Positions 7,380 through 15,299 of a DNA stretch of 43,548 nucleotides are shown here, piece by piece. The position numbers and the translations under genes are program-made. Source of the stretch: an uncultured Ruminococcus sp. GTDB taxonomy: Bacteria; Bacillota; Clostridia; RUG12999. The stretch lies in the NCBI GenBank assembly GCA_902784685.1, contig CACZWA010000001.1, positions 1 through 43,548 of the forward strand. The letters run 5' to 3'. The notes under the pieces are model-generated. The model was not told the origin of the DNA. It made no database searches and saw nothing but the letters and a program-made list of their open reading frames with translations. Within the stretch, counting starts at the first letter, position 1. Every line of letters begins with the position of its first letter.

Positions 7380-9239
7380 TTACTTATTGCATCGGTAAAG
7401 AAACGTCACAATCTGACCGCGCAGGCAGTTATCGGAAGGACTGAAAAGGCTGTCGCTTGTTCCGCTTGTGATTTTTTTCTCGTACGCCCAGAGAACGGAA
7501 TCGTAATAATAATCTCCTTTTTTAATATCGGTAAACGGATTTTTGCCGTTTGTTTTTTCACCTTTTAAGCGGTAAAGGAACGTAACGGTCTGTCCGCGCG
7601 TTACAGTATCATACGGACTGAAAAGATTATCGCTTGTACCCTTTGTTATCCCGTTTTCATACGCCCATAAAACCGCTTTGCGGAAATAGTCATCGGTTTT
7701 TACGTCAGTAAACGGATTTTCCGTCATTTTCGGTTCGGGCGAACCCGCGGCGCGCCATAAGAACGTCACTGTCTGTCCGCGCGTGCAGGAAACAGCCGGA
7801 CCAAACGTTGTATCCGATGTACCTTTTGTGATGTCTCCTTTTACCGCCCAGAGAACCGCGTCATAGAAATATTCGCCCTTTGAAACATCAACGAAAGCGA
7901 CTTCCGGAGCTTCCTGCTGTGTTTCTGTCTGTGCCGGTTTTTCCGTTTCGGACGGTTTTTCGGATTGCTTAACGGTTTCCGTAGGTTTTTCCGTAGGCTT
8001 CTCCGTTTCGGACGGTTTTTCGGATTGCTTCACGGTTTCCGTAGGCTTTTCGGTTTCTGCCGCCGGGGCTTCTTTAAGCTTTTCGAAGGTAAAACCTATA
8101 AACAGCTTCTCCTCACTTCCGCTGATTATCGCATTGTAACCGTTAATCGCTCCGGTTACGAGCAAGCCGCCTTTTGTATCTGTTTTAAAAAGACAGCCGT
8201 CCTTCGGTTTTACGTTTATTGCAACATAGTAATACTCGCCGGCTTTAAAGGTATCGTTCTCATCCATCCTGCGCGAGCCGCCTTCGCCCTCATACCAGGT
8301 AATTCCGTCCTTTGTTGAACCGGGATTTTCCGTATCTATATAATACATGCCGTCCGAGCGGCGGTTTTCTGCCGTAAACGCCGGCTTTTCTCCGACTGCC
8401 GGTTCCTTGATTCCGTAGGTTATAATGCCCATTACCTTTTCTTTTTCAGGGCCTAAATTTTCGTATTCCAAACGCGCCACAAGCATGCCTGATCCGTTAA
8501 AGGAAACGTCAGACACAGCTCTGTCGTTAAAAGTAACAGCTACGTCCGGCTCTCCCGTGGATTTATAGGTAAAATCATAGCCTTCCTGCAATTCCATTAT
8601 AAGTTCAAAGGTATAAGCCTTTTCGGCGGCAAATATCCCCGTAAAGTGTCCCTTGTCTGCGTCATAATCCTCATACCACGATGCATGATACCCTGTAACG
8701 CCTTCGCTGTATTTAAGATAGTGCGCTCTTGCGATTGACTGCTTTCCTATTTTAGGCTCTTTAATATCGCTGACCGAGACGCTTGTTATTTTCTTGTTAT
8801 CTTTTACCTCGGGGAAGGTATAAGATACCACCGCCATAGCCCACCTCTGATACTCAAAAGCCTTGCTGACTTCGGCATCTTTTCCGTTTACGGTCGCTTT
8901 CATATAATAAACAGTAGTGGTTGAATCAAATTCATATCCGTCCTTTACTTCAACCCAGATTTGCACCGTGTAAATGTGCCCCACCTGAAAGGCTTCATTG
9001 TTATTCATAAATCTTTTTTCTGTCTCGTCATACCATTCGGGCTGCTGATACACCTCGTAGCCCAAATCTTCAGATACCATTAAGGACTTATCCCACTGCC
9101 ACTCCCATTTAACACCGGCAGCAGGAGTCAGTACATTCCCGACATTTACCGTAGAAATTACGCGCGCTGCCGCCACCGACAAAGGCGTCAATGATAAAAT
9201 CATTATTAAACTTAATGCTGCAATCAAAACTTTTTTCAT
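7380..9239 (-). CDS. Secreted cell-surface protein: signal peptide, three paralogous ~115-aa modules, a Pro/Thr/Glu/Lys-rich tandem-repeat linker and three C-terminal SLH domains
   Basis: Signal peptide MKKVLIAALSLIMILSLTPLSVAAA. The three SLH repeats are FVDVSKGEYFYDAVLWAVKGDITKGTSDTTFGP, FTDVKTDDYFRKAVLWAYENGITKGTSDNLFSP and FTDIKKGDYYYDSVLWAYEKKITSGTSDSLFSP. RBS GAAGGGAAG precedes the ATG at 9239. Confidence 0.9.
   Translation of the reverse strand: MKKVLIAALSLIMILSLTPLSVAAARVISTVNVGNVLTPAAGVKWEWQWDKSLMVSEDLGYEVYQQPEWYDETEKRFMNNNEAFQVGHIYTVQIWVEVKDGYEFDSTTTVYYMKATVNGKDAEVSKAFEYQRWAMAVVSYTFPEVKDNKKITSVSVSDIKEPKIGKQSIARAHYLKYSEGVTGYHASWYEDYDADKGHFTGIFAAEKAYTFELIMELQEGYDFTYKSTGEPDVAVTFNDRAVSDVSFNGSGMLVARLEYENLGPEKEKVMGIITYGIKEPAVGEKPAFTAENRRSDGMYYIDTENPGSTKDGITWYEGEGGSRRMDENDTFKAGEYYYVAINVKPKDGCLFKTDTKGGLLVTGAINGYNAIISGSEEKLFIGFTFEKLKEAPAAETEKPTETVKQSEKPSETEKPTEKPTETVKQSEKPSETEKPAQTETQQEAPEVAFVDVSKGEYFYDAVLWAVKGDITKGTSDTTFGPAVSCTRGQTVTFLWRAAGSPEPKMTENPFTDVKTDDYFRKAVLWAYENGITKGTSDNLFSPYDTVTRGQTVTFLYRLKGEKTNGKNPFTDIKKGDYYYDSVLWAYEKKITSGTSDSLFSPSDNCLRGQIVTFLYRCNK
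7942..8048 (-). repeat. 60-bp in-frame tandem repeat (about 1.8 copies) encoding the EKPTETVKQSEKPSETEKPT linker
   Basis: tccgtttcggacggtttttcggattgctt(a/c)acggtttccgtagg occurs at 7942-7985 and again at 8002-8045. Confidence 0.9.
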
Positions 9240-9264
9240 AATCTCAACTTCCCTTCATGCTTAA

Positions 9265-9293
9265 ATTATAACACATACAAGCGTAAAAGTAAA
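9265..9293 (-). promoter_or_regulatory. Sigma-A-type promoter of the SLH gene
   Basis: On the minus strand: TTTACT (9288-9293), 17 nt, TATAAT (9265-9270), preceded by TGt. It lies about 25 nt upstream of the start codon region. Confidence 0.55.
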
Positions 9294-9314
9294 TATTTTT
9301 AAAAAATTTTTAAA

Positions 9315-9343
9315 GCGCGTCATGGAGACGCGCCATTGTCACG
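9315..9343 (-). terminator. GC-rich hairpin plus T-run on the minus strand; also a degenerate copy of the repeat family
   Basis: gcgcgtc (9315-9321), loop atgga, gacgcgc (9327-9333). The minus strand continues tttaaaaatttttt. The + strand reads gcgtcatggagacgcgccattgtcacg, to compare with gtgtcatggggacgtgccggttttgtcac. Confidence 0.45.
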
Positions 9344-9458
9344 CCGTTGACTGTTTTCGGCTGATTTCCACTTCGATTTTTACTCTTCACACTCCCCTTT
9401 GCGTTTTGCACTCTCAACACCCATATGGGTTACATTCCAAAATTACTTCTAAAAATTG

Positions 9459-9487
9459 TTGACAATAATTTTTTTATGTTGTACAAT
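9459..9487 (+). promoter_or_regulatory. Near-consensus sigma-A promoter facing away from the SLH gene and abutting a repeat copy
   Basis: TTGACA (9459-9464), exactly 17 nt, TACAAT (9482-9487). The predicted start, near 9494, falls inside the repeat. Confidence 0.5.
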
Positions 9488-9525
9488 AACGTGTCATGGG
9501 GACGTGCCGGTTTTGTCACATTTTT
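9488..9525 (+). repeat. Repeat-family copy, orientation A; 9490-9525 is identical to 6924-6959
   Basis: aacgtgtcatggggacgtgccggttttgtcacattttt. I compared the 36-nt run base by base with 6924-6959 and found no mismatch. Confidence 0.95.
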
Positions 9526-9606
9526 GTACCTTCGGCGCTATCAGAAAAACGGCGAAGCCGCAAACAAACGAAAAAATCCGTTGCGGTAAGGCACGTCATT
9601 TTTCAT

Positions 9607-9909
9607 TCAATCCATTGCTTCAAGAAGAAAGCTTACCGGGCGAAATCCGTCATTGCAGGAAATCATGGCGGATTTTTTATTTTTCATCCACCCGCCGTAA
9701 AAATCCTCGGCACCGTGTGAAAGCGCCATAACAAACGGCGAAACGCTGCTCCATGCGCTGTCGCAGAAGCCCTCGGGTTTTTGCAGACCGTTTGAGATAA
9801 ATTCCATTCCTATCTTCATATCACACGCATGCTCAATGGGATTTTCGTATTCCTTTATGAGGTCTTCGTGGCATACTGTACGCATAACGGTAATTCTGAC
9901 TTTTTTCAT
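9607..9909 (-). CDS. TIGR04076-family small cysteine-containing protein (function unknown)
   Basis: 100 aa. MKKVRITV..KPEGFCDSAW..ALSHGAEDFYGGW..ISCNDGFRPVSFLLEA matches my recollection of the TIGR04076 pattern. GAAGGAG lies 6 nt before the ATG. Confidence 0.7.
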   Translation of the reverse strand: MKKVRITVMRTVCHEDLIKEYENPIEHACDMKIGMEFISNGLQKPEGFCDSAWSSVSPFVMALSHGAEDFYGGWMKNKKSAMISCNDGFRPVSFLLEAMD

Positions 9910-9928
9910 ATGTATGCTCCTTCAGCTT

Positions 9929-10558
9929 TCAGTTTTTCCCGTCTGCGGCTCTTATGTATTTTGCGACTTCGTTTGCGCAGGCAAGCTTGCCTTCCGCGCT
10001 CAAATGTATGTTGTCGGGACCGATATATGCGTCAATATTTGCGTTTACAAAGCTGTAAAGGTCGTTGATGACAACATTTTCTTTTTTCATAAACTCTGTA
10101 ACCGCTTTGTTATATTCTTTTATGATTTCTATTTTCTGATTCGGATTCTGAGGCTTTACGGGTGTGGTCGTCGCGAAAATAATTTTGTCGGTGATTTTCC
10201 TGAGTTCACGTAAAATTTTTGATATGTAGCTTATATATTCGTCTATCGGCGTAAACGCGCCGTCCTCCTCACAGACAATTGAGGTATCCCAAAGACCGTT
10301 GTTCCAGTGTATTATATCGGGATAGATTATATCACCCGAAAGCGCTTCCGTGGGGGCAATAAGCCCGTTGTCAATCTGTTTTTCGGTAATGTTTGACGAA
10401 AAACCCTTAAACATTCTGCCGAGCTCATTTAAGGTATATTTGGCAAAGCGGCAGTTGTCGGGGCTTCCCCAGACCTCGTATTCGTTTTTTAAAATTTCCT
10501 GTACGTCAGCCTGATATCCCTGACGTATTGAATCACCTATAAGCATTACTTTTTTCAT
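9929..10558 (-). CDS. SGNH/GDSL-family hydrolase (esterase/lipase-like)
   Basis: MKKVMLIGDSIRQGY (GDS block) and later NDLYSF..GPDNIHLSAEG (DxxH-type block). GAAGG lies 8 nt before the ATG at 10558. The 50-codon upstream extension in the ORF track overlaps the SRP RNA. Confidence 0.85.
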   Translation of the reverse strand: MKKVMLIGDSIRQGYQADVQEILKNEYEVWGSPDNCRFAKYTLNELGRMFKGFSSNITEKQIDNGLIAPTEALSGDIIYPDIIHWNNGLWDTSIVCEEDGAFTPIDEYISYISKILRELRKITDKIIFATTTPVKPQNPNQKIEIIKEYNKAVTEFMKKENVVINDLYSFVNANIDAYIGPDNIHLSAEGKLACANEVAKYIRAADGKN

Positions 10559-10589
10559 TATATGACCTTCTTTAAAAAAATATAAAAAA

Positions 10590-10854
10590 TCGTACACCTT
10601 TCCTCGAATTACGTCTGCACACGTTTTTGTACTTTGAAAACTCCTGCCGGGCTGCCTCGCAACACACGCAGGGAAACGCTTATTGCTGCTCGGTTCCCCG
10701 CCTGACAAGGTTCACGCGCCTACGTTGTGCAAGACCCGACAATCAACATTTTCTGATACAAACTGACAGTACATAAGTAACCCTCAAAAAGGAATTCACC
10801 CCTGCTGTAGCGGACTGCAGGTACAGGGAACCGCTGCCTCCCCGGTTAGTACGA
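10590..10854 (-). ncRNA. ffs: Signal recognition particle RNA, large Bacillus-type (scRNA) with an Alu domain
   Basis: The minus strand reads tcgtactaaccggggaggcagcggttccctgtacctgcagtccgctacagcagggg... and ...cttgtcaggcggggaaccgagcagc...gaggaaaggtgtacga. This closely parallels B. subtilis scRNA segments (GCGGGGAGGTAGCGGTGCCCTGTACCTGCAATCCGCTCTAGCAGGG, GTCAGGTCCGGAAGGAAGCAGC, GAAGGTGCACGG). The 5' tcgtac pairs with the 3' gtacga, and a U-run follows. Confidence 0.85.
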
Positions 10855-10861
10855 CTTTACT

Positions 10862-10890
10862 AGTATAACACATTTTGCAGATAAAATCAA
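10862..10890 (-). promoter_or_regulatory. Sigma-A promoter of the SRP RNA gene
   Basis: On the minus strand: TTGATT (10885-10890), 17 nt, TATACT (10862-10867), preceded by TGt. The predicted start is near 10855, matching the 5' end of the RNA. Confidence 0.6.
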
Positions 10891-10926
10891 GTATTTTTCA
10901 AATTATTTTAAAAAAATTACATACTC

Positions 10927-10940
10927 CGAACTTATGTACG
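10927..10940. promoter_or_regulatory. Possible LexA (Cheo/SOS) box, one mismatch
   Basis: CGAACTTATGTACG against the Gram-positive SOS-box pattern CGAAC-N4-GTTCG. It lies 18 bp upstream of the -35 of the topoisomerase promoter. Confidence 0.25.
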
Positions 10941-10957
10941 AAAATTATTTTTAATGC

Positions 10958-10986
10958 TTGACAAATGCCAAATTTTGGGGTATTAT
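10958..10986 (+). promoter_or_regulatory. Sigma-A promoter of the topoisomerase operon
   Basis: TTGACA (10958-10963), 17 nt, TATTAT (10981-10986). Confidence 0.6.
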
Positions 10987-11053
10987 ATATTATAGAGTAT
11001 TGTTGATATACTATACCTTGTATATCGTACATAAAAGGAGCAGAGATAAATTA

Positions 11054-13021
11054 ATGGCAGGAAAATATGATAATGACAGTATAACATCACTCAAAGGAGC
11101 CGACAGAGTAAGGCTTCGCCCCGCGGTAATTTTTGGCTCTGACGGGCTTGAGGGATGCGAACACGCGGTTTTTGAAATACTTTCAAACTCCATTGATGAA
11201 GCGCGTGAAGGCTATGGCAGCGTAATTGAGGTTACAAAATACCTTGACGGCTCAATAGAAGTAACCGACCACGGCAGGGGAATACCGCTCGATTATAACG
11301 AGCGTGAGGGACGGTATAACTGGGAGCTTGTTTTCTGTGAATTATACGCAGGCGGCAAATATAAAAACCTTGCGGGCGGAGATTATGAGTACAGTCTCGG
11401 ACTTAACGGTCTCGGAAGCTGCGCCACGCAGTATTCCTCCGAATATATGGACGTAACGGTTACACGTGACGGCACACGCTTTGATTTGCATTTTGAAAAA
11501 GGCGAAAACGTTGGCGGACTTACAAAAACGGAAATAAAAGGTAAAAAAACGGGAACAAAAATAAAATGGAAGCCCGACAAAGATGTTTTTACCGATATAA
11601 ACATAAGCGCGGAATATTTTAAGAATACGCTTAAAAGGCAGGCTATTGCAAATTCCGGGCTGAAATTTGTTTTTTATAACGAAACAGAGGACGGTATGGA
11701 AATTTCCGAATATCTTTATGCTGACGGAATAAACGAGTACGCGAAAGAGGTATCGGGCGAAACGGGGCTTACGGAGGTTCATTCGTTTTCAACCGAAGGA
11801 AGCGGAAAGGACAGAGAGGATAAGCCTGAATATAAGGTTAAAATGAACGTTGCCTTTTGTTTTAACAATACGGTAAATCTCATTGAATATTATCATAACT
11901 CAAGCTGGCTCGAATACGGCGGCGCGCCCGACAAAGCTGTCAGAAACGCTTTTGTATATGCGATAGACCGATATCTTAAAGCAAACAACAAATATAATAA
12001 AAATGAGCAGAAAATAACGTTTCAGGATATTCAGGACAGTCTTGTGCTTATTATAAATTCGTTTTCAACCTTTACAAGCTATGAAAATCAGACCAAAAAA
12101 GCAATAAACAATAAGTTTATTCAGGAGTTTATGACAGAGGCACTGCGCCATAATCTTGAGGTTTATTTTATAGAAAACAAGCTTGACGCCGAAAAAATCG
12201 CGGGACAGGTGCTTGTGAACAAACGCAGCCGCGAATCGGCGGAAAAAACAAGGCTGAATATTAAAAAACAGCTTTCATCGAATATTGATATAACAAACCG
12301 CGTCGAAAAGTTTGTCGATTGCAGAACAAAGGATATAAGCCGCAGAGAGGTTTATATAGTTGAGGGCGATTCAGCGCTTACCTCGGTAAAGCTTGCGAGA
12401 GACAGCGAATTTCAGGCGGTTATTCCGGTAAGGGGTAAAATTTTAAACTGCCTTAAAGCCGATTATGACAAAATTTTCAAAAGTCAGATAATAACCGACC
12501 TTATGCGGGTGCTCGGCTGCGGTGTTGAAATAAAAACGAAGCATAATAAGGACCTCAGCACCTTTGATATAAATAACCTGCGTTGGAGTAAAATCATAAT
12601 ATGCACAGACGCGGACGTTGACGGGTATCAGATAAGGACGCTGATTCTTTCAATGATTTACGCGCTCACTCCTACTTTAATTGAAAAAGGTTATGTTTAT
12701 ATTGCGGAATCCCCGCTTTTTGAGGTGCGTACAAAGGACGAAACCTTTTTTGCCTATACCGACAAAGAGAAAAACGAGCTTGTGGAGCGTCTTGGCAAAT
12801 GCAGTGTCCACCGTTCAAAGGGACTCGGAGAAAACGACCCCGATATGATGTCGGTAAGCACAATGAATCCGGCAACAAGAAGGCTTATTCAGGTTACTCC
12901 CGAGGACGCGGAGGCAACGGAGCAGATGTTTGATATACTGCTTGGAGATAATTTGCCCGCAAGAAAGGATTATATTGCCGAAAACGGTGGGAAATATATG
13001 GAAATGCTCGATGTTGAATGA
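11054..13021 (+). CDS. parE: Type IIA DNA topoisomerase, ATPase subunit B (topoisomerase IV ParE-like)
   Basis: GHKL ATPase N-terminus (LEGCEHAVFEILSNSIDEA, GLNGLGS) and Toprim motifs (YIVEGDSA, PVRGKILN, ICTDADVDGYQI). The start is at MAGKYDND, with AAGGAG upstream. The locus is not next to dnaA/recF, so I call it a ParE-like paralogue. Confidence 0.8.
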   Translation: MAGKYDNDSITSLKGADRVRLRPAVIFGSDGLEGCEHAVFEILSNSIDEAREGYGSVIEVTKYLDGSIEVTDHGRGIPLDYNEREGRYNWELVFCELYAGGKYKNLAGGDYEYSLGLNGLGSCATQYSSEYMDVTVTRDGTRFDLHFEKGENVGGLTKTEIKGKKTGTKIKWKPDKDVFTDINISAEYFKNTLKRQAIANSGLKFVFYNETEDGMEISEYLYADGINEYAKEVSGETGLTEVHSFSTEGSGKDREDKPEYKVKMNVAFCFNNTVNLIEYYHNSSWLEYGGAPDKAVRNAFVYAIDRYLKANNKYNKNEQKITFQDIQDSLVLIINSFSTFTSYENQTKKAINNKFIQEFMTEALRHNLEVYFIENKLDAEKIAGQVLVNKRSRESAEKTRLNIKKQLSSNIDITNRVEKFVDCRTKDISRREVYIVEGDSALTSVKLARDSEFQAVIPVRGKILNCLKADYDKIFKSQIITDLMRVLGCGVEIKTKHNKDLSTFDINNLRWSKIIICTDADVDGYQIRTLILSMIYALTPTLIEKGYVYIAESPLFEVRTKDETFFAYTDKEKNELVERLGKCSVHRSKGLGENDPDMMSVSTMNPATRRLIQVTPEDAEATEQMFDILLGDNLPARKDYIAENGGKYMEMLDVE

Positions 13022-13053
13022 TATCACGTTTTGGAAGGAATGAACAGATTTTT

Positions 13054-15279
13054 ATGGCAAAACATAAGAAAACTGAGCAGGAGTATGTTCCTGTTGAAGA
13101 AAAAATTATAGAGCAGAAAATATGCGATACGCTTGAAACCAACTATATGCCTTACGCCATGAGCGTTATTGTTTCAAGAGCCATTCCCGAAATTGACGGC
13201 TTTAAGCCTTCTCACAGGAAGCTCCTTTACACAATGTATAAAATGGGGCTTATATCGGGCGCGAGGACAAAATCGTCCAATGTTGTGGGACAGACAATGA
13301 AACTTAATCCGCACGGTGACGCGGCAATTTATGAAACAATGGTACGTCTCGCAAGGGCAAACGAATCGCTTCTTGTACCTTTTGTGGATTCAAAAGGAAG
13401 CTTCGGTAAAAAATATTCATCGGATATGGCATATGCCGCGCCGCGTTATACGGAGGCAAAGCTCGAAGCAATCTGTAATGAGGTTTTCAGAGATATTGAC
13501 AAAAATACGGTTGATTTTGTCGATAACTACGATAACACCATGAAGGAGCCGACGCTTTTACCTGTCGCATTTCCGAATATAATCGTAAATCCCAACGAAG
13601 GGATAGCGGTAGGTATGGCAAGCAAAATATGCAGCTTTAATCTTCGTGAGGTCTGCGCGGGAACAGCAGCATACCTGAAAAACGAAAAGGCGGATATTTT
13701 TGAGCATATAATCGCACCCGATTTTCCGACGGGGGGAACAATTGTCTATAACAAAGAAGCGCTTGACGCAATTATGTCAAGCGGCAGAGGCAGCTTTAAG
13801 GTAAGGGCAAAATACAGATATGACAAGGATAATTCGTGTATAGAGATATATGAAATACCGTATTCAACAACAATTGAAGCAATACGTGATAAAATAATTG
13901 AGTGTGTAAAAACGGGAAAAACAAAGGAAATAACCGATATACGCGATGAAACTGATTTAAACGGTCTTAAAATCACAATAGATATACGCAAAAGCACCGA
14001 CCCCGAAATGCTTATGAAAAAGCTATTCAAGCTTACGCCTCTTGAGGATTCCTTCGGCTGTAATTTTAATGTGCTGATAGGCTCAAAGCCTGTCGTTCTC
14101 GGTGTTAAGGAAATAATTGCCGAATGGACAAAGTTCAGGATAGGCTGTGTGCGCCGCGGGCTTGAATACGATATTAAAGAAAAATCCGATAAGCTGCATC
14201 TTTTGCAGGGACTTAAAAAAATACTTCTCGATATAGATAAAGCGATTGCTATTGTCAGAACGACCGAGCATGACGCGGACGTTGTTCCGAATCTTATGAA
14301 GGGCTTCGATATTGACGAGGTCCAGGCGGAATTTGTTGCTGAAATAAAGCTCCGCAGCTTAAATAAGGAATATATTTTAAAAAGAACGGCGGAAATCGAA
14401 AAGCTTATTTCGGATATTGAGGAAATGAAGCGGATTTTATCGAGCGACAAAGAGGTTAAAAAGGTAATAATAAAGCAGCTTGACGAAATCGCAAAAAAAT
14501 ACGGCGCAGACAGAAAGACAGACCTTATTGACGAAAGCGAAGCGGATACAGACGAGATTATAACTCAGGTTGAGGATTATAAGGTTAAAATGTTCTTTAC
14601 AAGGGAAAACTATCTCAAAAAAATTACTCTTGTATCGCTCCGCGCGGCTTCAGAGCAGAAGCTTAAAGAGGGTGACGAAATCACCTGTGCCGAAGAAGCT
14701 TCAAACAGGGATGACGTGCTTCTGTTTTCGGATAAGGGCAATGCATACAAGTATCGCATAAGCGAAATTGCCGATTGCAAAGCAAGCTCATACGGAGAAT
14801 ATCTGCCAAACCTTCTCGGCAGCGAGCCGGGTGAAAAGATTGTTTATATGACGACAGCATCTGACTATAAAGGTTATATGGTTTTCGCGTTTGAAAACGG
14901 CAAAATCGCAAAAGTTGAGCTTTCGAGCTATGCCACAAAAACAAACCGGCGTAAGCTTACGGGAGGATACAGTGTAAAATCACCTCTTGCGGGAATACTA
15001 AGGATACCGTATGATACCGATATTGCTCTTTTGAGCAAGGGCGGCAGGGCGCTTATTATAAACACAAAGCTTGTGGCGGCAAAAGCAAAGCGCGATACTC
15101 AGGGAGTGCAGGTTTACCTTTCAAAGCGTGACAAGTTTCTTGAAAAAATGCTTCCTGCCGAAAAATGCGGTCTTGAAAATGCGGAGGCTTATGTTTCGGG
15201 AAGGATTCCGGCTTCCGGTCAGAAGCTCAAAGACGATAGCAGAGAGCTTCGTCAGATTAGTTTTTTTGATGATATGTAA
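13054..15279 (+). CDS. parC: Type IIA DNA topoisomerase, breakage-reunion subunit A (ParC-like)
   Basis: YMPYAMSVIVSRAIPEIDGFKPSHRKLLYTMY and the catalytic-tyrosine region AYAAPRYTEAKL. An alternative start is an ATGA overlap at 13018. Confidence 0.8.
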   Translation: MAKHKKTEQEYVPVEEKIIEQKICDTLETNYMPYAMSVIVSRAIPEIDGFKPSHRKLLYTMYKMGLISGARTKSSNVVGQTMKLNPHGDAAIYETMVRLARANESLLVPFVDSKGSFGKKYSSDMAYAAPRYTEAKLEAICNEVFRDIDKNTVDFVDNYDNTMKEPTLLPVAFPNIIVNPNEGIAVGMASKICSFNLREVCAGTAAYLKNEKADIFEHIIAPDFPTGGTIVYNKEALDAIMSSGRGSFKVRAKYRYDKDNSCIEIYEIPYSTTIEAIRDKIIECVKTGKTKEITDIRDETDLNGLKITIDIRKSTDPEMLMKKLFKLTPLEDSFGCNFNVLIGSKPVVLGVKEIIAEWTKFRIGCVRRGLEYDIKEKSDKLHLLQGLKKILLDIDKAIAIVRTTEHDADVVPNLMKGFDIDEVQAEFVAEIKLRSLNKEYILKRTAEIEKLISDIEEMKRILSSDKEVKKVIIKQLDEIAKKYGADRKTDLIDESEADTDEIITQVEDYKVKMFFTRENYLKKITLVSLRAASEQKLKEGDEITCAEEASNRDDVLLFSDKGNAYKYRISEIADCKASSYGEYLPNLLGSEPGEKIVYMTTASDYKGYMVFAFENGKIAKVELSSYATKTNRRKLTGGYSVKSPLAGILRIPYDTDIALLSKGGRALIINTKLVAAKAKRDTQGVQVYLSKRDKFLEKMLPAEKCGLENAEAYVSGRIPASGQKLKDDSRELRQISFFDDM

Positions 15280-15299
15280 TAAAAAGAAAGGGGAAAAAA

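Noticed and set aside
7380-9525. Invertible-promoter phase switch or diversity-generating retroelement acting on the SLH gene
   Set aside because: The repeats flanking the outward promoter (9315-9343 and 9488-9525) are in direct orientation, not inverted. The SLH gene has its own correctly oriented promoter. No invertase, reverse transcriptase or template repeat is present.
10559-10708. 50-codon N-terminal extension of the SGNH hydrolase ORF (ORF track 9929..10708), and the 10958 start of the topoisomerase B ORF
   Set aside because: The SGNH extension overlaps the SRP RNA gene, and the topoisomerase B extension overlaps its own promoter. Good RBS-plus-ATG combinations exist at 10558 and 11054.
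6447-10708. Prophage, integrative element or defence island
   Set aside because: There are no integrase, transposase, restriction, toxin-antitoxin, nuclease or helicase genes. Only one surface-protein gene, two small housekeeping-like genes and repeats are present. I report the region as a repeat-bracketed cassette instead.
13746-14450. 234-aa antisense ORF inside parC. Similar long antisense ORFs lie at 15831..16394, 19392..19847, 24426..24899, 35648..36160 and 42950..43525.
   Set aside because: These are Ser/Ile/Phe/Leu-rich mirror frames of Lys/Glu/Asp-rich genes. They have no RBS and are fully embedded in confidently assigned genes.
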